From Paraspadella gotoi (lineage: Eukaryota; Animalia; Chaetognatha), in NCBI GenBank assembly GCA_051294375.1, contig CM119270.1:17482893-17546892 (forward strand): a stretch of 64,000 nucleotides of DNA, in the 5' to 3' direction. Below the pieces are notes generated by a model. That model had not been told where the DNA came from. It saw only the letters and a program-made list of their open reading frames with translations, and ran no database searches. Numbering within the stretch: position 1 is the stretch's first letter; each line of letters begins with the position of its first letter. Shown here one piece after another: positions 39,801 to 53,000 of the stretch. A program made the translations under genes and the position numbers.

Positions 39801-42800
39801 GCAAAGCAAAAAGCAAAATATGACACGGATGGGGCGAGACCTCAAAACCCTGCCAAAAAGTAAGCCAAAGCATAATATGATAAAACCTTTCTCGTCGGCT
39901 GGCTCCCTAACCCAGCTCCCTGCTAACTTATTTAAAGGGAGAAAAACACAAAAAAGGTGGGCGTACAAATTATACAAACGAATACGAAAACGATTTACTC
40001 TGCCATCAGAGAACCGCGTCGTAACGTTCGATAGGGTAGTACTTAAAGGGTTTTCCGAGTAAAGTTGTTCGACGCCAAGAAGGAGGCGGAAGGTCAAACA
40101 AACAACTTATGCTAACCGATTTAGGAAAAATTTCGAAGTTCCCACGACTTTTCCAAACCAATTCTGAATGGAATCAGCTATACGTAAAGGAAAGCCTCCC
40201 GCCTACAGCGCGGCAGGGAGACAGTCGTGAAACAGAGGAGACCGTCACTCCGAAGGCCTAAATAATTTGTGATATTTAGCGTCGACTCGCCGAAAGCTTC
40301 CGTCCGTCTAGAGACTTTCGAAAGTCGAAGCCAAAAAATTTTTATAAAAAGCTGAAAAACGTTAGGGGCAAATTATGAATAATATAACGATCAAAGAGGA
40401 GATAATCATATTATTCTTACCTACGTCTATATTGTCGCCATCTTCTCTTGAGCTATCAAAAAAAATACAAAGCTGAATAAATACAAAAAATAGGGACAGA
40501 TCGGGGCGTTCCTATGCAGTGGGTGGTGGCACACCGCTCCGAAGAGTGGTATTTGTTCTTCCGTCTTGTTTCCTGGTCGGCTAAGAACACGCTTTTGGCG
40601 AGCGTTGGTTGTTATTGTCCTCCTCTCGCCTTAACCCAGAAGCCTTGACCTTGGGGCCAATTTCACCTTTTTTCTCAACCGTCCTACGAAAAACCTTGAA
40701 AAGAAAACTTAAAAATTAAACTTTGAATTTCAATGGTTAGTTAACCTTAATCTAAATAAATCGAAAAAATTACCAATTTTCTAAAAACGAACAAAGTATT
40801 ATTTAAAAAAATATTTTTTCTAAAAAATTACTAAATATCCTTATCGGAAAAATTGTCGTTACCCCCCGCACGACGGATGAGGAACGAAACCTGTCGTACA
40901 AAAGAAAAAATTTAGCAAAAAAATCCGCTAAGGTCCCAAAAAATACAAAGGGAGTACTACGCGTAGTTTATTTGTAAATGCATTGGGGAGAAATTTTTTC
41001 CCCAACGGAGGAAAATCGCAAATTTCCCCCGAGCGTAAAGTTACGAAAAGATCTGGGAAAAAGGCAGGATGGAAATAAACACTTTTCCCGGAGATATCGA
41101 AGCCGTACAATCGGATTGAAAATTGAGGTAACCTTACCGAAAAACCAAACACACAACAATAACCAAAACCTAAAAAATCTAAGATATTTTAACTAAAGCA
41201 ATAAAAAAAAAAAATAATGTAAAAAATGCTAAAATTAAATATTAAAAATTAAGAAAAAAGAAAGCACACGGCCCACTTATCTCAGAAATGTCCGCCTCAT
41301 CAAGTTCCTCTTACGCTCGACGGCCACTGTTCGAAATCGCAAGCTTTAACCCTGTGACCGTCCCCACGATTCGAGCGTCGGCCGGCGAAACCGGAAGTGT
41401 CGTCGCACGCAGTGCGAAACCGGATGTTGCGTGCATTCACCACACGTGGGGAAAATTTGGGGAAAAAATTCGCCGCGTGAGAAAAAATGGGTGTAACCGG
41501 CACTCGCCATCGGACGATTGCATCGAAAAAATCGATGGCTGCGGGGAAAACTAAATATCGATGAGTCAATATAACGCAATATTACGGGGGACGTAACGAA
41601 ATATGATGAAATATAACGTTATCCCACCGGAACATCGCGAAATAGAGACGAACAGACAACGAAATTAAAAAATATTAAAATACTCTAAAAAAAGGGAAAA
41701 AGGCCAAAAAAATATTGAGATTTAAGTAAGGTCAAAAAGACGGTTAAATACTGTGTGTTAGCGGTAGAGAGGCTGGAACGGGCCGACTCTCCGTCTCAAC
41801 GGACACAGCCTTCCCACGGACCTCCCCGCCAGCCCATGAAGGTAACACCCTCTCGACATGTTCCCTTTAGTTCACAAGTGACGGACGTTCAACGCAAAAG
41901 AAGCAAGTGAGACTCCGTTCCCAAAGCGCGCCCCTATGCCGATCAAGTCGACATAGTGCAGAAATACACGAAACAAAACACAATAAACAAAACTATAAAT
42001 AATTGATCCAAAAAAAAAATTTTGGCATTGAAGCGGGGCACCCCCATAAAAAAGTGTAGCTAAGGGCAGAAAAAATTACGGGAATCCGCCGTCTGTGAAC
42101 GCGACTAAAGAAAATAAATTAATAAATAACAACTTTTCGCCGCGCTTTTACGGAACCGAATCCGTATTTCGGCAGTCCCAAACCCATACTCCCGCACAGG
42201 AGATCCAGCTTTCAGCTGAGATTTGAATAAAGCAGAAAAAAGCGAAAATAAACGAATGTAAAAAATAACTATTGAATTAAAATGAAAAAATAGTTTAAAT
42301 CGAAGACGAGCTTTTCAGCTCCCAGGAAAGGAGAAAAACTAGCCTTCAGAAGGCTTGAGCGCCACGTCAAATAAACAAAAAAAGACCGAACCTTTCAGGC
42401 GCGGGGGCCTGTTAACCATTTGAGTAAATCCCGAAAAAGAGCCAAGGCGGGCTCGCGCTCTAAGAGGCTTTAATATACAAAATAAAAAAGAAAAAAATCA
42501 TATAAAAAATTAACAATTTCAATTTTTAAGAAATTAAAACCCCCTTATAAAAACGTTCGGAATTAAATTTTAAATACTCAAATGGAGTAGTTTATAAAAA
42601 CAATCTAAACGCTCTAAAGCGTTTCCAAGAACTAAACATTCCAACCATTTCCTCCTTTACTGCGCGACCGCGGCCATCGCTTCTGAAAATAAAGGAAAAA
42701 ATTGCCGTACAACAAAAAACAAAACAGAAAAAGACAATACTACAAAACTACGAATCAGTTGACGTTCTTTTTTCCCGTTATTTCAAATACAAAAAAAAGA

Positions 42801-43715
42801 AAAACAAAAAAAAAAAAAAAAAAAATAATCCACGCTACTCGGAAAAACTTTAGATAAAAAAATCTGGTCGTTAGGACGGAACGCAGATTGTAAGAAATCC
42901 TGGCCGCGGTTACGACGGCAGGACAAAGAAATTAATTACCTGGCCGCGGTTACGGACGCAGGTCTTTCGGGACGGCACCCGGAAAACAAAAGTTATAAAT
43001 ATTTTGTCTGGCGATATAGAACGGACGCAGACGAAACATTTAAATATTGAAACATAGGTCTGGCCGCTATAGAACGGACGCGCACGAAAAAAATAATTTG
43101 AAAAAGCCTATAATCTAATAGCGACTAACCTTCGTCGAACGTTCGTCAGATGAAATTCCCAAGAAGAAGAAGAACCCACTGACCTTTTGAGAACGACGAG
43201 CCAAAACCTTCTGTTGTGTTCTGAATTAAAAAGGGGCACGAAATAAAACAGTAGAAAATAAACAATAATAACGTATATACAAGTGTGCGGAAAAATGTAG
43301 ATAAAAACCAGCCATTGGTAATTTATAATCAAAGGCTACATTTTGCGACTATTATCTTACCTAAGCACATTTAATAATTGTTTTAGGATGCCTGACTGGG
43401 AAAAGAAACCCGTTAGACCGACACAAACGCGCAATATTAGCTTAAACTACTGTGCCAAGTTAAGCAAGTAAATCACGTGACATATAACTACCCATATTTA
43501 AAATAGCCTCAGTAAAGCTAGTTGTGTCTCAACAGGGGAGGGAGCTTTTCGTACACCCCAAACCTTTTACAATGATTCGATGTGCCTAATAAGATTTTAG
43601 CCCCCATATCTTCCAGAAGGAGGATTAGGGCTGTATACTAAACCGTCCCGGCAAACAACTAAAAAAAAAAAGAAAAATCAAAATCTCAATATCTCCCCGC
43701 CGGGACCCCTACGGA
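36885..43715. other. Compositionally distinct, microsatellite-free island of about 6.8 kb (probable decayed mobile or foreign DNA)
   Basis: No (AG)n tracts, unlike both flanks, and a strong A-skew on the + strand. It sits between (CT)n and (GA)n tracts and has short subterminal repeats at 42860-43090. No ORF over about 120 aa. Confidence 0.45.
37040..37362. mobile_element. Candidate solo LTR (about 323 bp)
   Basis: Begins TGTAGAGG and ends CCTCTATCA (terminal inverted repeat with one extra base; TG...CA). Contains an A-rich poly(A)-signal-like zone. Flanks TAAGT/CAAGG match only partly as a TSD. Confidence 0.45.
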
Positions 43716-44739
43716 CAGAGAGAGAGAGAGAAAATTTATGTCTTTCCCACTTCGCCCACATTCTAACCGGAAGTTGTGACGTCAAGGACGTGCATCACTG
43801 GCGTGGAAGACGACGACGAAGACGACAACAACGACAAAGTCGAAGATGATGGAGACAGAGTCATTTTCAGGGTCGCTCAAGTCAATTTAAAGGCATCAAT
43901 CAATTTTTTTTTCTCTCTCACTTACGCTTTGGGCTTTAGCATTAACACTTGGCGAAACGTTTACTGTTGTCTTGTTACGCCTTTTTACGTCCAATTACCT
44001 ATTTCCATCTCTTTTTAAACGTTTGCATCGACATCCGATTCGACCAATCACAACAACCGTCCAACTTTCACAACTTCACCTTTGTTCCTCACGCCAATTA
44101 CTAATCAGTTCGCAGCCACCGGCCGTTCACCGACGAATCACTATCCACACCGATCACCGATCACTCCCACCGACCAATCATCACCGCCGCTGACTTACCT
44201 CGACCTTACCTTTTTCCAACGTTCGGACTTGAAACGACGTCCACCAATCATTTCTAAATCCTTCGTCGACGGGAGAGAAAATTGACGGAGACGAGAGATC
44301 GAGCGGTGGTCACCGACTCAAGACTTCACCCTTATTCACAGCACTCCCTTATTCACCAGTCACCGGTCAAACCTCACCCCTCGCTAGTCAGTAGTCACCC
44401 TTCACCAGTTACCAGTTACGTGACCCGGCTCACCCCTCGTTTCTCACCACTCACCACCATTCTTTTTGGTAGCCCTTACCAATTCCTCTAGCCCTTCCCC
44501 AATCTCTCAATCGGCACGCCACTTTTGACTACCATCCACCCTTCCACCCTTCCACACTGCAACTCGCCTTTCCCCACCTGCCCATTTGCCTCACCCATTT
44601 TCGTCGCTTCTCCCCGCCTTACCTGAGCTCACGCCGCTTTCAACCAAACCTTTTCCGGGGCCTTTCTTATGCGCGTCTTGACTGATCTCCTATTCGCTTG
44701 CATCGAGTCGGACCGAAATGTTTATATCCCGAGTTCAAT

Positions 44740-45119
44740 GTCTGGTCTTCCACCATCTGGGCATTGCAGAAGAACGTCTTCGGCATCGGAAATCTGGACA
44801 AAGTCGTCGGTTTTTCTCAATTCGGCGGCGGAGTCATGATTCTCATCAGCGCGGCCGATTGGGTGAGGGATTGGTCAGTCAATCGAATCAATCGATCTAT
44901 CAATCAATTGAGGAATCTACCCACCAATCAATCAATAAAATCAATAAATAAATTCGATTCATTAGTCAACGATTCAGTCGATCATTCAATGATACTATTA
45001 AATTTGGTCGACCCTGTCACTACTTGGATGACCTTGTTGGTATGTTACGATTCCGGTTCACCCTGTAATCCTCTAAAGTCTGTTCTGAACTCATGAACGT
45101 CATATCCTTAACTAGTACT

Positions 45120-45201
<82 letters not shown>

Positions 45202-45557
45202 ACTCTAAATCCTCTCGCTGCTGACAGAAAAAATTCCTCTTGTTTTCTATTCATTTATTAACAATAGATAAAACTGTCTATCGAATAAATCTATTTATTA
45301 TTATAAATTGCTCGATAAAACTATCGATCAATTTAACACGTCGATCGAATAATGAAAAGCAGGGAATATCACCAATAAAATTTTCCCGTTAACGGAGATG
45401 CATCCACTGATTTATTCATTAATCCCCCTTTTAAAGATGCAGAGACGCATGCACCGACTTTCCAATCAACTTTCCGCCGACGAAGAAGATGAAAAAAAAA
45501 AAAACCCGCTTTTCTTCACGCGGGTCTTCTCGCTTCCCCTCATTAACAGAGGTCACG

Positions 45558-45638
<81 letters not shown>

Positions 45639-46199
45639 TCTGACCTTTACGTTTGCCTCAATCTATCTGAAATAAAAAAAATAACCATGAAAGTTAAACT
45701 CGCTCACGAGCCTTTCATTTAAAATCTGTTGCCCATCTTTATACAAACCCCTACACTTTTTTTATTTTCACAATTCTATACTTTGATGCATTTCAATAAA
45801 ATATTATCAAGTCGGTCGGTTCGTCAATAGTCAATATATTTGGGTCAGTCTGTAAATGTAACCTAATTGTAAATTGTAAAATCATCGTGATCGCATTTTC
45901 CCATTTCCCCCCCCTCATTTTTTTTATCGGCCCCCTTCCCACAGGGCTTTTCTGGAAGAGAAGGAGGGCAACGGTGACACAGTGATTTTCATGGCGGCGG
46001 CGATGAATTTGACGGCGTCCATCTTTCTCGCTCTCATGATCGTCTATTCGCTTTACGAGAGAAGAGGGGAGGAGAGAGGCAGGGAGATGAGGAAGAGAAG
46101 GGAGAGAGGCAGGGAGCGAAGGGAGAAGGGCAGGTGGGTTTAAATGGGGGAGTTTGGGATTGTGGGGAGAAAAGTTGTGATCATGAAAGATTGAAATGA
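44740..46199 (+). pseudogene. Inverted, 5'-truncated duplicate of the SLC16-like exons (44740-44862, 45945-46199); likely assembly duplicate
   Basis: Reverse-complement copy of 59005-60470. The first exon lacks its acceptor and the VLFGFFRG codons, and several 1-bp indels are present. Confidence 0.5.
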
Positions 46200-46249
46200 A
46201 ATAGAATATTTAGGCGTTTAGGAATTTTTGGTAATTTGTAATTTAATTT

Positions 46250-46349
<100 letters not shown>

Positions 46350-46391
46350 AGAGAGAGAGAGTTAACAGACAAAAGACAGACAGGCAGACGC

Positions 46392-46463
<72 letters not shown>

Positions 46464-47259
46464 AGCGAAACAAAGATAAGACTTTAAAAAATCTTATGAA
46501 GAAAATAAAAAATAAGTGAAAAACAAGAAACAGATGTGAAGTGAAAGATTTTCGATCGAGAATCGATGGTGAGACTCGATTGTGAAAAGGATGGAGTCGG
46601 TGATATTGTCAAGTGTGAAGTGAAAGTGAAAGTCAATAATCAAATGAAAAAAATTTAAAATTATATTACATTAATATTTTAAAAGACTGATGAAGAAAAG
46701 TGAGGGATAGGACAAGACTCAGGAATGAATAAAATTTTAAAAAATTTGAATGTCGTTATTCATCTTATTCTCATTTTAATGTAATAGTTATTGTTTAATT
46801 TTCTCTCTTTTCCTTGTTGTATTTAATTAGCGAATTTGAAAACGAGAGTTTTTGTTATTTTTACAACGATTATTACTGTTATTAAATCCTTGTAAAAAAA
46901 ATAAAAACTATCGTTTTCAAATTCGCTAATGTAATAGATTAATAGTTATAAAAAAATAATATTATGAAACTTCATATGAGCGTAATAAACTGTGCTTAGG
47001 CGCTGTACTGAATTCAAATATGAAATGACGAAAAGAAATCCAAAGATAAATAAACAAATATAGAAAAATTAAGAACTAAATATTAAAAAAAAGTAAACAA
47101 AGGGAGAAAAAAAAAGGAAAAAGATAATTGAATCCCGGACAAAATTCGGGGGAAAGATGAGAGGTCAAATCGAGAAGAAAGTCGAAGAACAGAATGTTAT
47201 TGAAAAAACAAAATGAGTAAACAATGTTAAACTGTCTCTTTCTTTCTTTCTTTTTCTTT

Positions 47260-47315
<56 letters not shown>

Positions 47316-48864
47316 TTTTTTTTCTTTCTTTCTTTCTTTCTTTTTTTTATCCTTCTTTAGTTTTCTCTCTCTCTGTCTCTCTCTCTCTCTCTGTCTCTCT
47401 CTCTCTCTCTTCCCCCTCCCTCTCTCTCTCTCTCTCCCCCCCTCCCTCTCTCTCTCTCTCCCCCCTCCCTCTTCCGCTCTCTTTCACAGCCACCCTTCAC
47501 CACTAACTATCATTCTCATAGCAATCTGTGTCACAACAATTACTAAGGAATCGATTAAGTACTTACCTTCACAATTCGACTCGCCACCCAATCTCATCGC
47601 GACTTACCCTAACCTTACCTCCCTCTTCCCTCCATTCACCATTTACCTCCCCCACCACCCTATTCTCTCTTCCCCTTTTGTTATTTCCCTCCTTCCCGAT
47701 ACTTTAGCTAATGGAGGCCAGAATCTGGGATCTTAACCAGATGGCGCGGTCATAACTCAACGCCCGTTAATGGAAAGCATTAATATGATTCTCTCGACAT
47801 TGGATGCCAAAAAATGTCAGCGAGCGTTCGTTTAATTAAATGAATGGCATTTGACGCAATATTTCATTGTAGTCGATTGCCTTTTTAAGTCTAGACGGTA
47901 GCATAATGTTGTATTCATTGAGCTTATTTTGTTTTATCAATGTTTCAGTCGAGGCTGTGATTGTTTATTCAAAGTTGTGATCGCGTTTATTGTTTTATAA
48001 ATATATGTAAAATATTGTCTCGCCTCCGGTCAATCTTTTGACTTGACCATAAATGACCGATTCTTTAGGCTGCTGGTCACCTTTATTTGGTTTCTTTTAG
48101 TCACAGTTTTGAGAAAATGATCATTCGCGAATAAACCAGGTATAAAAAATAGTACGGCCGTCAGTAACAATATTTTCACCGGTTCCACAGTTTTCACATT
48201 TTGAACCACAATTTCTTGATTTATTCTTCATAAAATAGAACGTTTTCGGAATTTATACTACGTTTTCGAGATTTATTTCCACTCTCAAGATTTAGAGAGC
48301 CAGATAGAACTTGCGGACATATGTTCAAAGGGGTCCTCGGACGGCGCTAACCGAACGCTCGACCTTGCGGAGCGTAGAAAATAAGAGACATTTTCTACAA
48401 TATATATTATCGTTTATATATTTATCGTTTATTGTTTTCATTCAAGGTTGTGCTTGTTTAGCAACGGTCGTTCTTTTGCCAATATCGTCGTCGTCGTCGT
48501 CGTCGTCGTCGTTAGTTGTCGTTGTTTGTAGATTTCCTTGTTTTGTTGTTGATCTTTGTTTGTCGTTGCCATCATTGATTCCCTCATCTGGAGCCATCGT
48601 CGTCGTTATCATCGTTGTGGTTGTTGTTGTTGTTGTTGTTCCATCTTCCAGCGACATCTGTCGTCGCTGTCATCGTCGTTTTGTCGTCGTTTTTTGTTCG
48701 TCGCCGATGACGATAGACCCTCTTCCCATTTTTTATTTACTTTTCAAAAATCGACTCATTTTTTTCGGCCGCGTGTTTTTAGGCTTCTTTTTCGCCGATA
48801 AAACAGTTTTTAAATGTCACTAAATTGAGTTATGTTACATGGAAATTTGTATTAATATTGCAAC

Positions 48865-49036
48865 TGAAGAGACAGTAATTATTGTATGTGTTAGTGACAG
48901 AACCGTTCAATATAAGCAGTCCCTGAGCTTCGGATCAGGCTGTAACACCATGTTACAGGCGGGTAAGCGCCCCGTCCCTCTTTACTGCATAGACGACCAC
49001 GGGCTAGAACCCCGGACCTTTGGGTTGGGAGGCGAA
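48865..49036 (-). mobile_element. tRNA-derived SINE-like repeat (5'-truncated), copy 1
   Basis: The minus strand begins TTCGCCTCCCAACCCAAAGGTCCGGGGTTCTAGCCCG, resembling a tRNA-Gly(CCC) anticodon arm plus B-box/T-arm. Repeated at 49288-49458, partially at about 49750-49800, and inverted at 55763-55933 and 56181-56347. Confidence 0.5.
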
Positions 49037-49287
49037 TGATTGCCTCCGGCACGAATGGCCGCTGATGAACCGTTGGTGGATTTTGTCCAGCCATACAATC
49101 CCCTCCCGTAGGGAGAAGTCTGTTTGCGTCTCTTCAGTGAATTGTTTGTTGTTGTTGGGTGGAAAGTTCGTCACCAGTTGAGGCATGGTCGCCTGATGTG
49201 TTGTGGGCGGAAGTGCATCGCCAGGTGAGGCATGTCGCCTGAAAGTGTTGTTGTTGCTGTTGTGTTCGGACAAGTCGGGCTCACCAA

Positions 49288-49458
49288 TGAAGAGACAGTA
49301 ATTATTGATATGTGTTAGTGACAGAACGTTCAATATAAGCAGTCCCTGAGCTTCGGATCAGTCTGTAACACCATGTTACAGGCGGGTTAAGCGCCCCGTC
49401 CTCTTAACTGCCAGAACGACCACCGGGCCAGACCCGGGACTTTGGGTTGGGAGGCGAA
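49288..49458 (-). mobile_element. tRNA-derived SINE-like repeat, copy 2
   Basis: Direct repeat of 48865-49036, about 423 bp downstream. Confidence 0.5.
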
Positions 49459-50119
49459 AAATGTTGATTGTTGTGGGTCGCGGGTCAGTCTACGCAAAAA
49501 ACCTTTGATGTTATAATTTATTTTTAGCCGTGTCGTAGATTTGAAAGTTATGAATATATAGCGTTAAATATTATTAAAGTTGTAATTCAACTAGAATTTA
49601 AGCACTAAAATCCCGCACATCTTTTTATTTAAAAAAAAATCTGACATAAATATATTTCTTGCAAGTCTAGCGGAGCAAAGTAANNNNNNNNNNNNNNNNN
49701 NNNNNNNNGTTGATTAAGCTTACAGTGGAAATTTGTATTAATATTGCAACTGAAGAGACAGTAATTATTGTATGTTGTTAGTGACAGAACCGTTCAATAT
49801 GTGGGATTCGTTCCCGAATTTTTCCGGCTCGCGGGACTCGGACGGAATATAATCCTCAAATTGAGGCCACAAGAACTATATCATTATAAATATTTATATT
49901 AGAAGAATTAAATTAAACTAAATCAAACAGGGAAGGATCGAGATTCGATCCTGGAACCTTCTCGCACCATGGGTGAATGATTTGTAACAATCACCATATG
50001 TAGGTTTATGAGACAGTGGTAGATGTATTGCAACTTGTATTATTGTCATGTTATGAGCCTCGGTGTGGAAGTGAGATCTATTGCAAAGACAAATGCGTCT
50101 CTCTTGGGTGTGGTGGTAA

Positions 50120-50440
50120 CTCAATTTAGTGACATTTAAAAACTGTTTTATCGGCGAAAAAGAAGCTAAAAACACGGCGGCCGAAAAAAATGAGTCGATT
50201 TTTGAAAAGTAAATAAAAAATGGGAAGAGGGTCTTATCGTCATCGGCGACGACAATAAAAAATGACGACAAAAACGACGATGACAGCGACGACAGATGTC
50301 GCTGGAAGATGGAACAACAACAACAACAACAACCACAACGATGATAACGACGACGATGGCTCCAGATGAGGGAATCAATGATGGCAACGACAAACAAAGA
50401 TCAACAACAAAACAAGGAAATCTACAACAACGACAACTAA

Positions 50441-50472
<32 letters not shown>

Positions 50473-52020
50473 TATTGGCAAAAGAACGACCGTTGCTAAA
50501 CAAGCACAACCTTGAATGAAAACAATAAACGATAAATATATAAACGATAATATATATTGTAGAAAATGTCTCTTATTTTCTACGCTCCGCAAGGTCGAGC
50601 GTTCGGGTTAGCGGCCGTCCGAGGACCCGTTTGAACATATGTCCGCAAGTTCTATCTGGCTCTCTAAATCTTGAGAGTGGAAATAAATCTCGAAAACGTA
50701 GTATAAATTCCGAAAACGTTCTATTTTATGAAGAATAAATCAAGAAATTGTGGTTCAAAATGTGAAAACTGTGGAACCGGTGAAAATATGGTTACTGACG
50801 GCCGTACTATTTTTTATACCTGGTTATTCGCGAATGATCAGTTTCTCAAAACTGTGACTAAAAGAAACCAAATAAAGGTGACCAGGCAGCCTAAAGAATC
50901 GGTCATTTTATGGTCAAGTCAAAAGATTGACCGGAGGCGAGACAATATTTTACATATATTATAAAACAATAAACGCGATCACAACTTTGAATAAACAATC
51001 ACAGCCTCGACTGAAACATTGATAAAACAAAATAAGCTCAATGAATACAACATTAGCTACCGTCTAGACTTAAAAAGGCAATCGACTACAATGAAATATT
51101 GCGTCAAATGCCATTCATTAATTAAACGAATCGCTCGCTGACATTTTTTGGCATCCAATGTCGAGAGAATTCATATTAATGCTTTCCATTAACGGGCGTT
51201 GAGTTATGACCGCGCCATCTGGTTAAGATCCCAGATTCTGGCCTCCATTAGCTAAAGTATCGGGAAGGAGGGAAATAACAAAAGGGGAAGAGAGAATAGG
51301 GTGGTGGGGGAGGTAATGGTGAATGGAGGGAAGAGGGAGGTAAGGTTAGGGTAAGTCGCGATGAGATTGGGTGGCGAGTCGAATTGTGAAGGTAAGTACT
51401 TAATNNNNNNNNNNNNNNNNNNNNNNNNNNNNNNNNNNNNNNNNNNNNNNNNNNNNNNNNNNNNNNNNNNNNNNNNNNNNNNNNNNNNNNNNNNNNNNNN
51501 NNNNNNNNNNNNNNNNNNNNNNNNNNNNNNNNNNNNNNNNNNNNNNNNNNNNNNNNNNNNNNNNNNNNNNNNNNNNNNNNNNNNNNNNNNNNNNNNNNNN
51601 NNNNNNNNNNNNNNNNNNNNNNNNNNNNNNNNNNNNNNNNNNNNNNNNNNNNNNNNNNNNNNNNNNNNNNNNNNNNNNNNNNNNNNNNNNNNNNNNNNNN
51701 NNNNNNNNNNNNNNNNNNNNNNNNNNNNNNNNNNNNNNNNNNNNNNNNNNNNNNNNNNNNNNNNNNNNNNNNNNNNNNNNNNNNNNNNNNNNNNNNNNNN
51801 NNNNNNNNNNNNNNNNNNNNNNNNNNNNNNNNNNNNNNNNNNNNNNNNNNNNNNNNNNNNNNNNNNNNNNNNNNNNNNNNNNNNNNNNNNNNNNNNNNNN
51901 NNNNNNNNNNNNNNNNNNNNNNNNNNNNNNNNNNNNNNNNNNNNNNNNNNNNNNNNNNNNNNNNNNNNNNNNNNNNNNNNNNNNNNNNNNNNNNNNNNNN
52001 NNNNNNNNNNNNNNNNNNNN

Positions 52021-52055
<35 letters not shown>

Positions 52056-52850
52056 GACAGTTTAACATTGTTTACTCATTTTGTTTTTTTCAATAACATT
52101 CTGTTCTTCGACTTTCTTCTCGATTTGACCTCTCATCTTTTCCCCCGAATTTTGTCCGGGATTCAATTATCTTTTTCCTTTTTTTTCTCCCTTTGTTTAC
52201 TTTTTTTTAATATTTAGTTCTTAATTTTTCTATATTGTTTATTTATCTTTGGATTTCTTTTCGTCATTTCATATTTGAATTCAGTACAGCGCCTAAGCAC
52301 AGTTTATTACGCTCATATGAAGTTTCATAATATTATTTTTTTATAACTATTAATCTATTACATTAGCGAATTTGAAAACGATAGTTTTTATTTTTTTTAC
52401 AAGGATTTAATAACAGTAATAATCGTTGTAAAAATAACAAAAACTCTCGTTTTCAAATTCGCTAATTAAATACAACAAGGAAAAGAGAGAAAATTAAACA
52501 ATAACTATTACATTAAAATGAGAATAAGATGAATAACGACATTCAAATTTTTTAAAATTTTATTCATTCCTTTCGAGTCTTGTCCTATCCCTCACTTTTC
52601 TTCATCAGTCTTTTAAAATATTAATGTAATAATAATTTTAAATTTTTTTCATTTGATTATTGACTTTCACTTTTCACTTCACACTTGACAATATCACCGA
52701 CTCCATCCTTTTCACAATCGAGTCTCACCATCGATTCTCGATCGAAAATCTTTCACTTCACATCTGTTTCTTGTTTTTCACTTATTTTTTATTTTCTTCA
52801 TAAGATTTTTTTAAAGTCTTATCTTTGTTTCGCTCTCTATCTCTCTCTCT
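50120..52850 (-). repeat. Inverted duplicate of about 46455-48830
   Basis: Reverse-complement match, e.g. aactcaatttagtgacatttaaaaactg (50119) vs cagtttttaaatgtcactaaattgagtt (48804). Contains a gap of about 600 N. Confidence 0.85.
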
Positions 52851-52859
52851 CTCGGAGCC

Positions 52860-52955
52860 GAGAGAGAGAGAGAGAGAGAGAGAGAAGAGATGTTCATTCA
52901 CGAAGGGTCGCGTGGAATCTCTTTCCTTGGGGCGTTCGTTGGTGATTAGGGCTGC

Positions 52956-53000
<45 letters not shown>

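Noticed and set aside
40868-40900. Hammerhead-like CGGATGAGGAACGAAACCTGTC
   Set aside because: The core reads CGGAUGA rather than CUGANGA, and stem I does not pair in the correct register.
41346-41500. CGECTQHPVSHC as a piggyBac-type Cys-rich domain
   Set aside because: Incomplete Cys/His pattern and no adjacent transposase frame.
42810-42826. Poly-A tract as a LINE or retrocopy tail
   Set aside because: A-runs are frequent throughout this A-skewed island, and no TSD or RT remnant is visible.
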